A stretch of DNA of 64,000 bases from a virus. Shown one piece after another: positions 29,720 through 39,547 of this stretch (positions are counted from its first letter, which is position 1; the number at the start of each line of letters is the position of its first letter). Where the stretch lies: IMG/VR virus record IMGVR_UViG_3300017706_000970, positions 24,996 through 88,995 of that record; one strand, written 5' to 3'. Under the pieces are notes generated by a model, which worked only from the letters and a program-made list of their open reading frames with translations, searched no databases and was not told the origin of the DNA. The translations under genes were made by a program, and so were the position numbers.

Positions 29720-29723
29720 GAGA

Positions 29724-31208
29724 ATGAGTGACTTAGTTATTGAAAAGATTGATGAAGTAAATATTAGAGTTCGATGTGAACGAAGTTTCGCCAAAGAACT
29801 CTCTGACTTCTTTACTTTCAAAGTACCTGGCCATAAGTTTATGCCTGCATATCGCAACAAGGTATGGGATGGTACTATAAAACTATACAACATGTTCTCT
29901 CAAGAGATTCACTCTGGGTTACTTGACTATGTAACTACTTTCGCCAAAGAAAGAGGTTACACTTATCAGGTAACTTTTGACACACCACATAATAAAGTCA
30001 GTGACGATTTAGTCAAACGATACCTAACAGACACCCTAAAAATATCTGCGGGTGGTAAACTAATCGTACCGCATGATCACCAGATACGAGCCATCTCTCA
30101 TGCGATTAAACATGAACGATGTTTGTTGTTGTCTCCTACTGGATCAGGAAAGAGTCTAATCATCTACGGTCTTCTTCGACATCTCATGGAAAAAACGAAC
30201 AAGAAGATTCTAATCATCGTACCTACTACTGGTTTGGTTTCACAGATGTATTCAGACTTCGAAGATTACTCTAAGATGAATGACTGGAACGTAGAAGAGA
30301 ACTGTCATAAGATCTATGCGGGACAAGATAAATCCACCGATAAAAAGATCGTTATATCTACGTGGCAGAGTTTGTACAAATTACCGGCAAAATACTTCGA
30401 GGACTTCGAAATTGCCTTTGGTGATGAGTGTCATTTGTTTAAAGCCAAATCCTTGACTTCTATCATGTCGAAACTAAAGAACGCCAAGTATAGGATTGGA
30501 ACTACAGGTACACTCGACGGAGCCCTTACTCATAAGTTAGTCATCGAAGGACTGTTTGGCCCAGTGAAAGATGTGACCACTACAAAAGAACTGATGGAGA
30601 AGGACATTCTATCTAAATTAGAAATAGACTGCATCCTTTTAGACTACGATGACGAAGACAAGAAGTTAGTAAAGACATTGAAGTATCAAGACGAGATGAA
30701 GTGGTTGATTACAAATGACAGAAGAAACAAATTTATCTCTACTCTTGCAGGGACAACAAAGGGAAATACATTGGTGTTGTTTCAGTTTGTAGAAAATCAC
30801 GGAAAACAACTGTATGAGAAAATAAAGTTAGAGAACCAGCATAAGAAAGTGTTTCTTATTCATGGTGGCGTAGAGACAGACGACCGTGAACGTGTCCGTG
30901 GCCTCGCCGAGAAACAAAAGGACGCGGTTATCGTGGCTTCTTATGGAACATTCTCAACTGGTATCAACATCAAGAACCTCCATAACATTATTTTCGCCTC
31001 TCCTTCTAAGTCTCGCATTCGAATTCTTCAATCAATCGGAAGGCAATTGAGGAAACACGAAAGTAAGTCAGTCGCTAAACTGTTTGATATTGGAGATAAT
31101 CTTCAGTGGAAAAAGAAAATGAATCACACTCTTCGTCATTTCTTCGAGCGAATCAAACTATATAAGATAGAAGAATTTATTTTTAAGACGATTAAGATAA
31201 AACTATAG
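29724..31208 (+). CDS. uvsW: RNA-DNA/DNA helicase UvsW
   Basis: F.F.VPG.KFMP.YR...WDG.I.L, SPTGSGKS, DECH, ASYGTFSTGINI.NLHN, LQSIGR.LR. Confidence 0.95.
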   Translation: MSDLVIEKIDEVNIRVRCERSFAKELSDFFTFKVPGHKFMPAYRNKVWDGTIKLYNMFSQEIHSGLLDYVTTFAKERGYTYQVTFDTPHNKVSDDLVKRYLTDTLKISAGGKLIVPHDHQIRAISHAIKHERCLLLSPTGSGKSLIIYGLLRHLMEKTNKKILIIVPTTGLVSQMYSDFEDYSKMNDWNVEENCHKIYAGQDKSTDKKIVISTWQSLYKLPAKYFEDFEIAFGDECHLFKAKSLTSIMSKLKNAKYRIGTTGTLDGALTHKLVIEGLFGPVKDVTTTKELMEKDILSKLEIDCILLDYDDEDKKLVKTLKYQDEMKWLITNDRRNKFISTLAGTTKGNTLVLFQFVENHGKQLYEKIKLENQHKKVFLIHGGVETDDRERVRGLAEKQKDAVIVASYGTFSTGINIKNLHNIIFASPSKSRIRILQSIGRQLRKHESKSVAKLFDIGDNLQWKKKMNHTLRHFFERIKLYKIEEFIFKTIKIKL

Positions 31209-31217
31209 GAGAATCCA

Positions 31218-31847
31218 ATGGTTGAATACAAAATACTAAAGCTTCGTTCAGGTGAAGAACTAATCAGTATTGTAAATCAAGTTGGTGCAAAAAAGATTGT
31301 CCTAGATCGACCCATGCAAATGAAGTTGACTACAATGCACGATCCTATTACCGGTGAAATTAAAAAAGAAATGTGGGTGTTACGAGACTGGATGAATAAC
31401 AGTGAAGAACTCACATGTGATATTCCACTTGATTTTGTAGTTACCACAATCAAGCCTAACCAAAAAATTATAGATCAATACGAATCAAAAAAGTTAAAGG
31501 AAGATGAGATTGCTTCTTTGGGTATTGATCCAATAGATCCAAATAGTATACTAGAAGATCTTTACAAACAACTTGGTATTGATATGTCCACCGAAAACCT
31601 TAAAGATAAAATAAAACCTCCTTCTTCTGAGGAGGAAATGATCATGATGAATTTTGCGATGTCTAAGAAGATGTTTGAGAAAATGATGGAAGAAGGATTC
31701 TTCGACGAGATGGGACTCGATGATGAAATACCTTTGGACGATTTTGATTTTGATGAAGAAGAAAAAACCGACCGCACTAAAGAAGAACCCGATTGGGGTA
31801 ACGACTGGTCAGACTGGTCTGGGGATAGTGAAGACTATACTAAGTGA
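31218..31847 (+). CDS. conserved hypothetical protein (Sm-like N-terminus, acidic tail)
   Basis: KILKL.SGEELI N-terminus typical of the gene between uvsW and gp55. Confidence 0.6.
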   Translation: MVEYKILKLRSGEELISIVNQVGAKKIVLDRPMQMKLTTMHDPITGEIKKEMWVLRDWMNNSEELTCDIPLDFVVTTIKPNQKIIDQYESKKLKEDEIASLGIDPIDPNSILEDLYKQLGIDMSTENLKDKIKPPSSEEEMIMMNFAMSKKMFEKMMEEGFFDEMGLDDEIPLDDFDFDEEEKTDRTKEEPDWGNDWSDWSGDSEDYTK

Positions 31848-31893
31848 ATGCTTTATAGGCTCTAGAGCTTCCCCTTTCTTTCTTAGCACACAT

Positions 31894-31921
31894 AGTGTAA
31901 CCCGGATTTAAAACCTGTCAA
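31894..31921 (-). promoter_or_regulatory. possible divergent sigma70-type promoter on minus strand
   Basis: Reverse complement reads TTGACA-N16-TACACT. Confidence 0.4.
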
Positions 31922-31950
31922 GAAGAAAATCTAAAAAATATCTTATAAGG

Positions 31951-31979
31951 TTGACAATATTTGTTTTATGATGTATAAT
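31951..31979 (+). promoter_or_regulatory. sigma70 consensus promoter for gp55 operon
   Basis: TTGACA-N17-TATAAT perfect consensus with AT-rich upstream element. Confidence 0.88.
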
Positions 31980-32006
31980 TACATATGAATTCAAGGGAAC
32001 AACATT

Positions 32007-32579
32007 ATGGCTAAAAGAAAAACATCAAAGGGAGATCATTACATAGATAATGAAGCTTTCTTTCAAGAGATGGTAAAATGGAAAAATGATTTAAATCAAG
32101 CAGAGGAACTCGGAGATCCGAAACCTCCTGCGACTCACTACATGGGTGAGTGTTTCATGAAAATTGCTGAACGACTTTCGTACAAACCCAATTTCATGAA
32201 CTACCCATTCAGGGATGAGATGATTGGTGATGCGATCGAAAACTGCTTGATGTATGCACATAACTTCAATCCAGAGAAATCTAAGAATCCATTTTCATAT
32301 TTTACTCAGATGATATATTATGCTTTCATACGCAGAATAGAAAAAGAAAAGAAACAAATATACGTCAAGTATATGATGATGGAAAAGTTAGATCATGAGA
32401 ATAAGTTTACCAAGTGGGCAAATGATAATGAACTGGTAGATCCTAGTTCAAAGAATCCTTATGCTGACTATTTCAAACTCTCAGATAACGACTTAGAAAA
32501 GTACAAACCAAAGAAGAAGAAAAAGAAAACTGAAGAAACCACAGACGGTGGTACATTAGGAAAACTTTTTGAGGATTGA
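32007..32579 (+). CDS. gp55: late-transcription sigma factor
   Basis: HYIDN..F, Y.GECF.KIA..LS.KPNF.NY.FRDEMI.DAIENC..Y..NFNPEKS.NPF.YFTQ..YYAF.RRI.KEKKQ. Confidence 0.96.
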   Translation: MAKRKTSKGDHYIDNEAFFQEMVKWKNDLNQAEELGDPKPPATHYMGECFMKIAERLSYKPNFMNYPFRDEMIGDAIENCLMYAHNFNPEKSKNPFSYFTQMIYYAFIRRIEKEKKQIYVKYMMMEKLDHENKFTKWANDNELVDPSSKNPYADYFKLSDNDLEKYKPKKKKKKTEETTDGGTLGKLFED

Positions 32580-33628
32580 AATTGAAGCTTGCCATTATAA
32601 ATGATACGCACTTTGGTGCAAGAAATGATTCACAGTTGTTTTTGGATCAGTCATTCAAGTTTTTTGAAGAACAGTTTTTCCCGTACTGTAAAGAGAACAA
32701 CATCACAACGGTTTTGCATCTTGGAGATTTCCTTGATCGCCGAAAGTTTGTGAACTTTAATACTCTCTCGCAGGTACGCACTCGATTTATTGATAAGATT
32801 AACGAGTATGGAATACAAGTACACTGTATTCTTGGAAACCACGACACATACTACAGAAACACAAACAGAATTAATTCTATTCGTGAGTTGTTTTCTGACA
32901 CTGATAATTTTCATCTGTATGAAGATCCGATCGAACTAGAGTTTGGTGGGTTGTGTATTGGTATGGTCCCTTGGATAAACAAGAACAACACCGAACAATG
33001 TATTGACTTCATCAAGAACTCGACCTGTCCTATTATGGCTGGTCATTTTGAACTAGATGGTTATGAAGTTATGCGTGGGGTTAAGTATGACGGTGGATTG
33101 AACGACAAACTGTTTAGTAGATGCGAAATGGTTCTGTCTGGACACTTTCATTCGAAGTACAGTAAGAATAATGTTCACTATCTTGGTACGCAATATCAAT
33201 TAACCTTTAGTGATTTAAACGTCAAGAAAGGTTTCCATGTATTGGATACGGAGACCAGAGATCTGAGGTTCGTTGAGAACCCCGTGAACGTCTTTCACGC
33301 GATTACATATGAAGAAGACGAGGATATGTTGGAACGTGATTATTCTAAGTACGAAAACTCATATGTTAAGGTGTATGTTTTTGAGAAAAATAATCCATAT
33401 CTGTTTGACAAGTTCTTGGACAAACTGTATGATGTGAAGGTTGCAAATCTAACAGTCATTGAAGACATGGGTGTGGATCATACCGAAGAAGATTCTTTGG
33501 ACATATCTAAGGACACTGTTTCAATTATCAATGATGAAGTAGATATAATGACTAATGTTCCAGATGAACAAAAGTCAAGAATCAAATCGTTAATGCGTGA
33601 ACTTTATATGGAGAGTCTTTCGTTATGA
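32576..33628 (+). CDS. gp47: recombination endonuclease subunit (Mre11/SbcD-like)
   Basis: D.HFGAR, HLGD..DRRK, GNHD, GHFH metallophosphoesterase motifs. Confidence 0.94.
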   Translation: MKLKLAIINDTHFGARNDSQLFLDQSFKFFEEQFFPYCKENNITTVLHLGDFLDRRKFVNFNTLSQVRTRFIDKINEYGIQVHCILGNHDTYYRNTNRINSIRELFSDTDNFHLYEDPIELEFGGLCIGMVPWINKNNTEQCIDFIKNSTCPIMAGHFELDGYEVMRGVKYDGGLNDKLFSRCEMVLSGHFHSKYSKNNVHYLGTQYQLTFSDLNVKKGFHVLDTETRDLRFVENPVNVFHAITYEEDEDMLERDYSKYENSYVKVYVFEKNNPYLFDKFLDKLYDVKVANLTVIEDMGVDHTEEDSLDISKDTVSIINDEVDIMTNVPDEQKSRIKSLMRELYMESLSL

Positions 33629-34191
33629 ATATCTTTGTACTGGACAAAGATCCTAAAATCTCAGCACAAATGATGTGTGATAAGCACGTTGTAAAAATGA
33701 TTGTCGAATCAGCTCAAATGCTTTCGACTGTTCATCGTTATCTAGACGGTACAGAATACATTTCTTACAGTAAGAATGGTCGCCGAATTAAACGGTGGAG
33801 TCATGATACAGATCGATCCGGCTCTGAAATGAAATTATTTAAGTCGGTCATGTTGAACCATCCCTGTACTATATGGACTAGAGAATCTCTGGCTAATTAT
33901 TGTTGGTTGTCTTGTCATGCACTAAACCTATGTCGTGAATATACTCGTCGATACAACCGACATCACAAAACAGAAGGTCTAGTGAAGTGGTTTATGAAGA
34001 ACTACCCCAATAAATTGTACGGGTTTCATCTAACGGAATTTGCACAGGCAATGCCTGATGAATACAAGGTAGAAGGAAATGCACCACAGGCCTATCGAAA
34101 TTATTACATGGGCGAGAAGAGTGGGTTTGCTAAATGGACTAATCGACTGGTTCCAGATTGGTGGTCGTTAACGGAGGATGTTCCTGCATGA
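33625..34191 (+). CDS. pyrimidine-dimer DNA glycosylase/endonuclease V family-like protein
   Basis: MNIF.LD.DP...A...CDKHVVKM..ESAQMLST, HPCTIW, EYT.RY...H, QAMP..YK, AYR.YY..EK. Confidence 0.75.
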   Translation: MNIFVLDKDPKISAQMMCDKHVVKMIVESAQMLSTVHRYLDGTEYISYSKNGRRIKRWSHDTDRSGSEMKLFKSVMLNHPCTIWTRESLANYCWLSCHALNLCREYTRRYNRHHKTEGLVKWFMKNYPNKLYGFHLTEFAQAMPDEYKVEGNAPQAYRNYYMGEKSGFAKWTNRLVPDWWSLTEDVPA

Positions 34192-35909
34192 TAAATTTTA
34201 AAACCGTTAGGTTCCGAAACTTCGGGTCTTTCGGTAACAACGAAACAGAAATAAATTTAGACAAACATAACTTTGTTCTCGTGTCTGGAAACAATGGACA
34301 CGGTAAATCGTTTGCTTTGTTGGACTCTATTACCTTTGCTTTGTTTGGTAAACCGTTTAGAAAAATCAATATTCCTCAGTTGACTAACAGTGTAAATCAG
34401 AAGGACTGCATGGTCGAGGTTGATTTTCTTATTGGAACAGATGAATATACAATTCGTCGTGGACTAAAGCCAAAGATCTTTGAGATATTCAAGGATGGGA
34501 AGATGATTGATCAGTCTGCAAAGGCTAAAGATTATCAACGAATGCTCGAAGAACAAATTCTCAAGATGAACTATAAGTCATTTACTCAGGTGGTGATTCT
34601 TGGTAGTTCGTCGTTTGTTCCGTTTATGCAATTGACAGCCGCTGATAGAAGAAGTGTCATTGAAGACATTCTTGATATTAATGTTTTCTCTCTGATGAAT
34701 GGAATTCTGAAGACGAGAGTCTTAACACTAAAAGAAGAAGAAAGAGAACTGGGATATGAAATTAGTATTGCGAAAGAAAAAATCGACATACAACACAAAC
34801 ATATCAAGAAAGTCCAAGACAAAAGTCAAGAATCAATCAATGAAATACAAGAGGACATTAAAACGATTATCAACGAGGCGCAAGAGGTAAGAACTTCTAT
34901 GAGTTCGATTGAGATTGGAATTGATGAACTAAAAAATCAGATAACCAATAAAGATTCTGTAGTGTCTTCTTTGGGTAAAATTAATAAACTCAAGGATAGT
35001 ATTGATAAGAATATTCAAACCACAGAGAAGGATATTAAGTTCTACATTGATAATCAAAATTGCCCAACGTGTCATCAACATATAGAAGATGATCACCGAG
35101 AAGAAATGATTGAAGATAAAAGAAACAAGAAGTCTGAATATACCGATGGTCTATCTAAAATTAATTTGAAACTAGAAGAACTTTCCGGCGAACTCACTGT
35201 GGTTCAAGAAGTGATGTCTGATATTGTAAAGAAAGAAAAAGAACTTTCCGAACTGAATACAGAACTTTCTATTAAGAAGGATCGTATTGACAATGCTAAT
35301 AAAAGAATCAGTAGTATAAAGTCCAAGGACACGGACGACACGCAGGAAAATGAAAGACTTAAAGAATTAGTAAAGGAACTAGCTGATCTGGATTCTGTTC
35401 ACGAATCGAATACCTCCCAGATGCACGACTACGGAATTGTATCTGGTCTCTTGAAGGACAGTGGAATTAAGTCAAAGATCATCAAGTATTATTTGCCTAT
35501 TATGAATAGGTTGATCAATAAGTATCTTGGATCGATGGACTTCTTCGCACAGTTTCATTTGGATGAAAACTTCAACGAGACAATTAAATCTAGACATCGA
35601 GACGAATTCAGTTATATGAGTTTCAGTGAAGGTGAAAAGATGAGAATTGATTTGGCTTTGCTTCTGTCTTGGAGAGAAGTCGCAAGACTAAAGAACAGTG
35701 CGAATACCAATCTCCTTATTTTAGATGAAGTTTTTGATTCATCTTTGGATAGTATGGGTACAGATGAGTTTATGAAACTGCTATATAATTTGGGTAAAAA
35801 AGTAAATGTATTCATCATCTCTCACAGGACTGATCAACTGTCAGACAAATTTGAACATACGATCACCTTTGAGAAGAAGAACAATTTCAGTCGAATCATT
35901 CGAACTTAA
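34188..35909 (+). CDS. gp46: recombination endonuclease ATPase subunit (Rad50/SbcC-like)
   Basis: NF.SFGN, Walker A GNNGHGKS, zinc hook CPTCHQ, signature FSEGEK.RIDLALL, LDEVFDSSLD; start at ATG overlapping the upstream stop. Confidence 0.95.
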   Translation: MINFKTVRFRNFGSFGNNETEINLDKHNFVLVSGNNGHGKSFALLDSITFALFGKPFRKINIPQLTNSVNQKDCMVEVDFLIGTDEYTIRRGLKPKIFEIFKDGKMIDQSAKAKDYQRMLEEQILKMNYKSFTQVVILGSSSFVPFMQLTAADRRSVIEDILDINVFSLMNGILKTRVLTLKEEERELGYEISIAKEKIDIQHKHIKKVQDKSQESINEIQEDIKTIINEAQEVRTSMSSIEIGIDELKNQITNKDSVVSSLGKINKLKDSIDKNIQTTEKDIKFYIDNQNCPTCHQHIEDDHREEMIEDKRNKKSEYTDGLSKINLKLEELSGELTVVQEVMSDIVKKEKELSELNTELSIKKDRIDNANKRISSIKSKDTDDTQENERLKELVKELADLDSVHESNTSQMHDYGIVSGLLKDSGIKSKIIKYYLPIMNRLINKYLGSMDFFAQFHLDENFNETIKSRHRDEFSYMSFSEGEKMRIDLALLLSWREVARLKNSANTNLLILDEVFDSSLDSMGTDEFMKLLYNLGKKVNVFIISHRTDQLSDKFEHTITFEKKNNFSRIIRT

Positions 35910-35921
35910 AAGAGGAATCCG

Positions 35922-36698
35922 ATGACCATAAACAATGTTCGGGAAGATTGGTATTCTCAGCACCGAAAGAAAATTATGGATCATTTTAAAATTGCCAAAC
36001 CCCTATCCAATAGGGTTAAAAAGTATCAGTCCCCAACGGGTAAGTATACTGTGGTAGTGACTCCAGTAGAATTTAGATTTAGAAATAAGAAAACAAAATA
36101 TATTTACACTATTGGTACTGTCTACCAAGATGGTAAAATGATATTCAACGTCCATAGAAACGCTCCTGATTTTCCATACCTCTTCGTAGAGGATCATGAA
36201 GATGGGTTTGATTATCTTCTCTGTGCAGAAGACAATCAGGCTAGAACCGTTGTTCAATTGAACACATCTAAAGCCAGATCTTTCATCAGTGAGAAATCCC
36301 AACGAGGTATAGAATTCTGTTGGCAGAAATTACACACCTCGGAAAATGCCAAAGTTATTGCCGTTGAGGGGTATGTAAAACACAAACCAAAAGATAAACT
36401 AGAGTACAGAGAAATAAGATTTTACAAATTTTCTGATATTATGGACTTGCCATGGAAGGAAATTGGTGAGAGAATAAATTTTCCTTACGAGGAATTCATC
36501 TCTTGGGAAAATGATTCTCATTACACACTTGCCATTCATGAAGAAGTAAGGTATACTGATGATATGAAAGTTACCGATTTAACTCAAGCTGAGAGAAAGA
36601 ACTCTCTTCTGAAAGATGAAATTCGTTTGAAGAAGATATTTTATAAGTTTCCCCTACAAGAAGGAATTCGAGAAGAAGTTTACTCTGAGTGGATCTAA
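35922..36698 (+). CDS. hypothetical protein (258 aa)
   Basis: ORF with AGAGG RBS; no recognised motif. Confidence 0.6.
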   Translation: MTINNVREDWYSQHRKKIMDHFKIAKPLSNRVKKYQSPTGKYTVVVTPVEFRFRNKKTKYIYTIGTVYQDGKMIFNVHRNAPDFPYLFVEDHEDGFDYLLCAEDNQARTVVQLNTSKARSFISEKSQRGIEFCWQKLHTSENAKVIAVEGYVKHKPKDKLEYREIRFYKFSDIMDLPWKEIGERINFPYEEFISWENDSHYTLAIHEEVRYTDDMKVTDLTQAERKNSLLKDEIRLKKIFYKFPLQEGIREEVYSEWI

Positions 36699-36699
36699 A

Positions 36700-37830
36700 A
36701 TGAAAACCAAAAGAAAAATTAAACGAGGCGCCACCATTGAGAAGATTCACTATGGTGACGAACCAAGTTGGAATGAGTCAGATGAAATGGATATTGATAC
36801 CTTTCTTCTGCGATCTTATGCTTGGTATAATGCAATGTCCAATCTCAAGAACTACAAGAAGTGGTGTCTTGTTTGGATGAAAGAAAATAATTATGATGTA
36901 GAAAACATCAAAAAAGTTAATCGTGTTGACCACCGAAGTTTTTTGTTTGGTCATAATTGTAGAATGTTGAGTAACGAAGTTCCTCTTCCAGAAATTCTCA
37001 TAGAGAAAACCAAGACTCATATTAAAGAAATGATTGCATTGGGTAGTAGGTCAAAGAAAGTCAAGACTGAAACTGTCGAGAAACCTAAGATTTCTATTCA
37101 GGATAGAATGAAGGAACAGGTAATCGAATACTCCGGTGACATTAATATTATTCTCGACAAAACTCTTGATGAGATTCTTGAGAAGAAGAAGCCTCAGATG
37201 GATGTTGTCAAGTGGTTGAAGGATAATGAAGTAAAGTCTATTCAATCTGGAATGATTTCGTCGGAGTTCAAGTCACTTGTTGATGAACTGAACATGGTTT
37301 ATAACAAGGAAGATAAACAACTAATGGAGGGATGGGGTTTTCTCTCTCGTCCGCAGTTAAAGAAGTATCGAGACTTTGTTCAGAACATTGTCGATACATG
37401 TGAGGAATACTCTACTGTTCTCAAGAAGACTCGTAAGCCTCGTCGTAAGAAGTTGCAGACTAAGGCCAGTCTTGTTAAGAATGTTAAGTACATGATTCAA
37501 ACCGAAGATGGTAAAGTGAAGTCGATCGATCCAAAGCAGATCATCGGTGCAACTAAAGTTATTACCTACAACACCAAGACCGATCAGTTCTCTATCTACG
37601 AAAAGACTAGAATGGTTGACGGACTCTCGGTTAAGGGTACAACCATTGTAGGAGTGGACAACGAGAAGTCGGTGTGTAGGAGAGTGGGTAAGGATAAGTC
37701 CATCGTAAAGGTTGCTAGTTCCAGTGGAATTAGAGCCATCAATAACGCATATAAAAATCTTAAAAATAAGGAATCTGTTCCAAGTCCACGACTAAATAGT
37801 AATGTTGTGATTCTACAGGCGTTCAAATGA
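36700..37830 (+). CDS. conserved basic hypothetical protein of T4-like phages
   Basis: G.EP.W, SIQDRM, QL.EG...L, SIDP..IIGA.....YNTK, GL.VKGTTI. Confidence 0.65.
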   Translation: MKTKRKIKRGATIEKIHYGDEPSWNESDEMDIDTFLLRSYAWYNAMSNLKNYKKWCLVWMKENNYDVENIKKVNRVDHRSFLFGHNCRMLSNEVPLPEILIEKTKTHIKEMIALGSRSKKVKTETVEKPKISIQDRMKEQVIEYSGDINIILDKTLDEILEKKKPQMDVVKWLKDNEVKSIQSGMISSEFKSLVDELNMVYNKEDKQLMEGWGFLSRPQLKKYRDFVQNIVDTCEEYSTVLKKTRKPRRKKLQTKASLVKNVKYMIQTEDGKVKSIDPKQIIGATKVITYNTKTDQFSIYEKTRMVDGLSVKGTTIVGVDNEKSVCRRVGKDKSIVKVASSSGIRAINNAYKNLKNKESVPSPRLNSNVVILQAFK

Positions 37831-38663
37831 TTTTAATTGATAACAGTCAAGTAATACTTTCTAGTATCTTTGCCCAGACAAAGGGCAGTGTAAATGGAAT
37901 TGACGAGTCTCTTGTTCGACATATGACTCTCAATGCCTATCGAAATTTTAAAAACAAGTTTTCCTCTAAGTTCGGCGAACTAGTAATCTGTGAAGATTCT
38001 AGTAACTGTTGGCGTAAGGATCACTTTCCTCTTTACAAGGCGAACAGAAAGAAGAATCAAAATAAGTCTGATGTTGATTGGTCCTCTGTGTATGACACGT
38101 TGACTAAGGTTCGGAATGAAATTCGGGATACTTTTCCATACAAGAACATGAGAGTTCCTCGAACAGAAGCTGATGATATCATCGCCGTTCTGACTCGAAA
38201 GTTTCATGTACAGGAACCCATCATGATTGTATCTGGTGACAAGGACTTCAAGCAGTTGCAGAAGTTCCCGAATGTTCAACAGTATTCGCCTGTCCAAAAG
38301 AACATGATCGAATGTGATGACCCTGAGAAGTTTTTGATTTATCACATTATCAAGGGGGATGCCAGTGATGGCATTCCGAATGTTTTATCTGAAGACGATG
38401 TGTTTGTGTGTGAAGATAAACGACAAAAGCCATGCGGCGAAAAGAAAATTAATTCCTTAATGGAAAATCTTGACCCCGTTGCTTGCACTGATAATTGGAA
38501 TAGGAATGACACGCTCATTAACCTAGACAAAATTCCAGATGATATAGTAAATCTGGTAGTGCAGGAGTGGGACACCCCTATTGTCGGTTCAAAGTCTAAA
38601 GTATTTAATTACTTTATCGAACACAAACTCAAAAATCTCATGGGAGATATACAGGAATTCTGA
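37827..38663 (+). CDS. rnh: RNase H / 5'-3' exonuclease
   Basis: MILID.SQ, WR.D.FP.YKANRKK, EADDIIA, SGDKDF.QLQ, GD.SDGIPN.LS. Confidence 0.92.
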   Translation: MILIDNSQVILSSIFAQTKGSVNGIDESLVRHMTLNAYRNFKNKFSSKFGELVICEDSSNCWRKDHFPLYKANRKKNQNKSDVDWSSVYDTLTKVRNEIRDTFPYKNMRVPRTEADDIIAVLTRKFHVQEPIMIVSGDKDFKQLQKFPNVQQYSPVQKNMIECDDPEKFLIYHIIKGDASDGIPNVLSEDDVFVCEDKRQKPCGEKKINSLMENLDPVACTDNWNRNDTLINLDKIPDDIVNLVVQEWDTPIVGSKSKVFNYFIEHKLKNLMGDIQEF

Positions 38664-38664
38664 G

Positions 38665-38847
38665 ATGAAAAAACAATACTACTACGAAGATTACGACGAT
38701 ACTCGTGACATAGGTTCACGGTCTACTAAAAAGAATCAAAAAAAGAGTAAACGACACAACGAAAAACAGTCCCTTAAAGATCTGAGAAATCTTTCAGAAG
38801 ATGACATTGAAGATAAATGGGACTCTGAATTTGAAGAGGAGTGGTGA
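38665..38847 (+). CDS. small charged hypothetical protein (60 aa)
   Basis: ATG 1 nt after the rnh stop; basic then acidic composition; fills the gap exactly. Confidence 0.55.
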   Translation: MKKQYYYEDYDDTRDIGSRSTKKNQKKSKRHNEKQSLKDLRNLSEDDIEDKWDSEFEEEW

Positions 38848-38848
38848 T

Positions 38849-39547
38849 ATGGGATGCGGATGCGGTAAAAATCAAAGTTCTAGTCCAGATTCAGCTAGAG
38901 CTTCTGCTAATTTAAAGAAAGTTTCGGAAAAAAAACTAGAACCTGATCCTAGTTTAAATCAACCTACGTTTCCGTCTATTCCGCAGTTATCTGTGGATAG
39001 ACGAACTCGTACAAATGTTAAAGTTACTTCTAACGATAAAGAAGAATCAACACCAGAAGAAATTGAAACACCCGATTCTCCATCCATATTTAATAAAGTA
39101 AAGAACTTTGGCAAGTCTGTTGCTTCTAGAGTAACTCAAGGTAAGGCTGATGAGAAACTTATTAAGTTGCGACATATCTCTTGCCACGGAGACGAAGAAG
39201 TAGTACCATGTCCATATAGAAGTGCGAGTAATACCAGAGAAGGTGCGTACTTCTGCACCGCATGTGGATGCGGCGACAAACCACGAGCATTCTTAAATGA
39301 TCCAGATGACAGTGGTACATACACCAAATTGGATTATCCGTGGGTTTCTTGCCCAGTTAGAATGCCCGGGTTTGGAGATTACAAACCCTTCTCTGAAGAA
39401 ACGCAAGAAGAGATTGATAAGTTACCCGACGGCATGAAGAGAAAACAATTAACAGAAGTTGTTCTTACTGCCCGAGGAATTGAAATCCCACCTGCATATG
39501 AACCTGTCAAAACAAATGGAGACACTAATGACAGCAGTGAAAGTTGA
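38849..39547 (+). CDS. Cys-motif hypothetical protein (MGCGCGK N-terminus, putative Zn-binding domain)
   Basis: GAGGAG RBS then ATG 38849; C-x8-CP...CTACGC...CP motif. Confidence 0.6.
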   Translation: MGCGCGKNQSSSPDSARASANLKKVSEKKLEPDPSLNQPTFPSIPQLSVDRRTRTNVKVTSNDKEESTPEEIETPDSPSIFNKVKNFGKSVASRVTQGKADEKLIKLRHISCHGDEEVVPCPYRSASNTREGAYFCTACGCGDKPRAFLNDPDDSGTYTKLDYPWVSCPVRMPGFGDYKPFSEETQEEIDKLPDGMKRKQLTEVVLTARGIEIPPAYEPVKTNGDTNDSSES

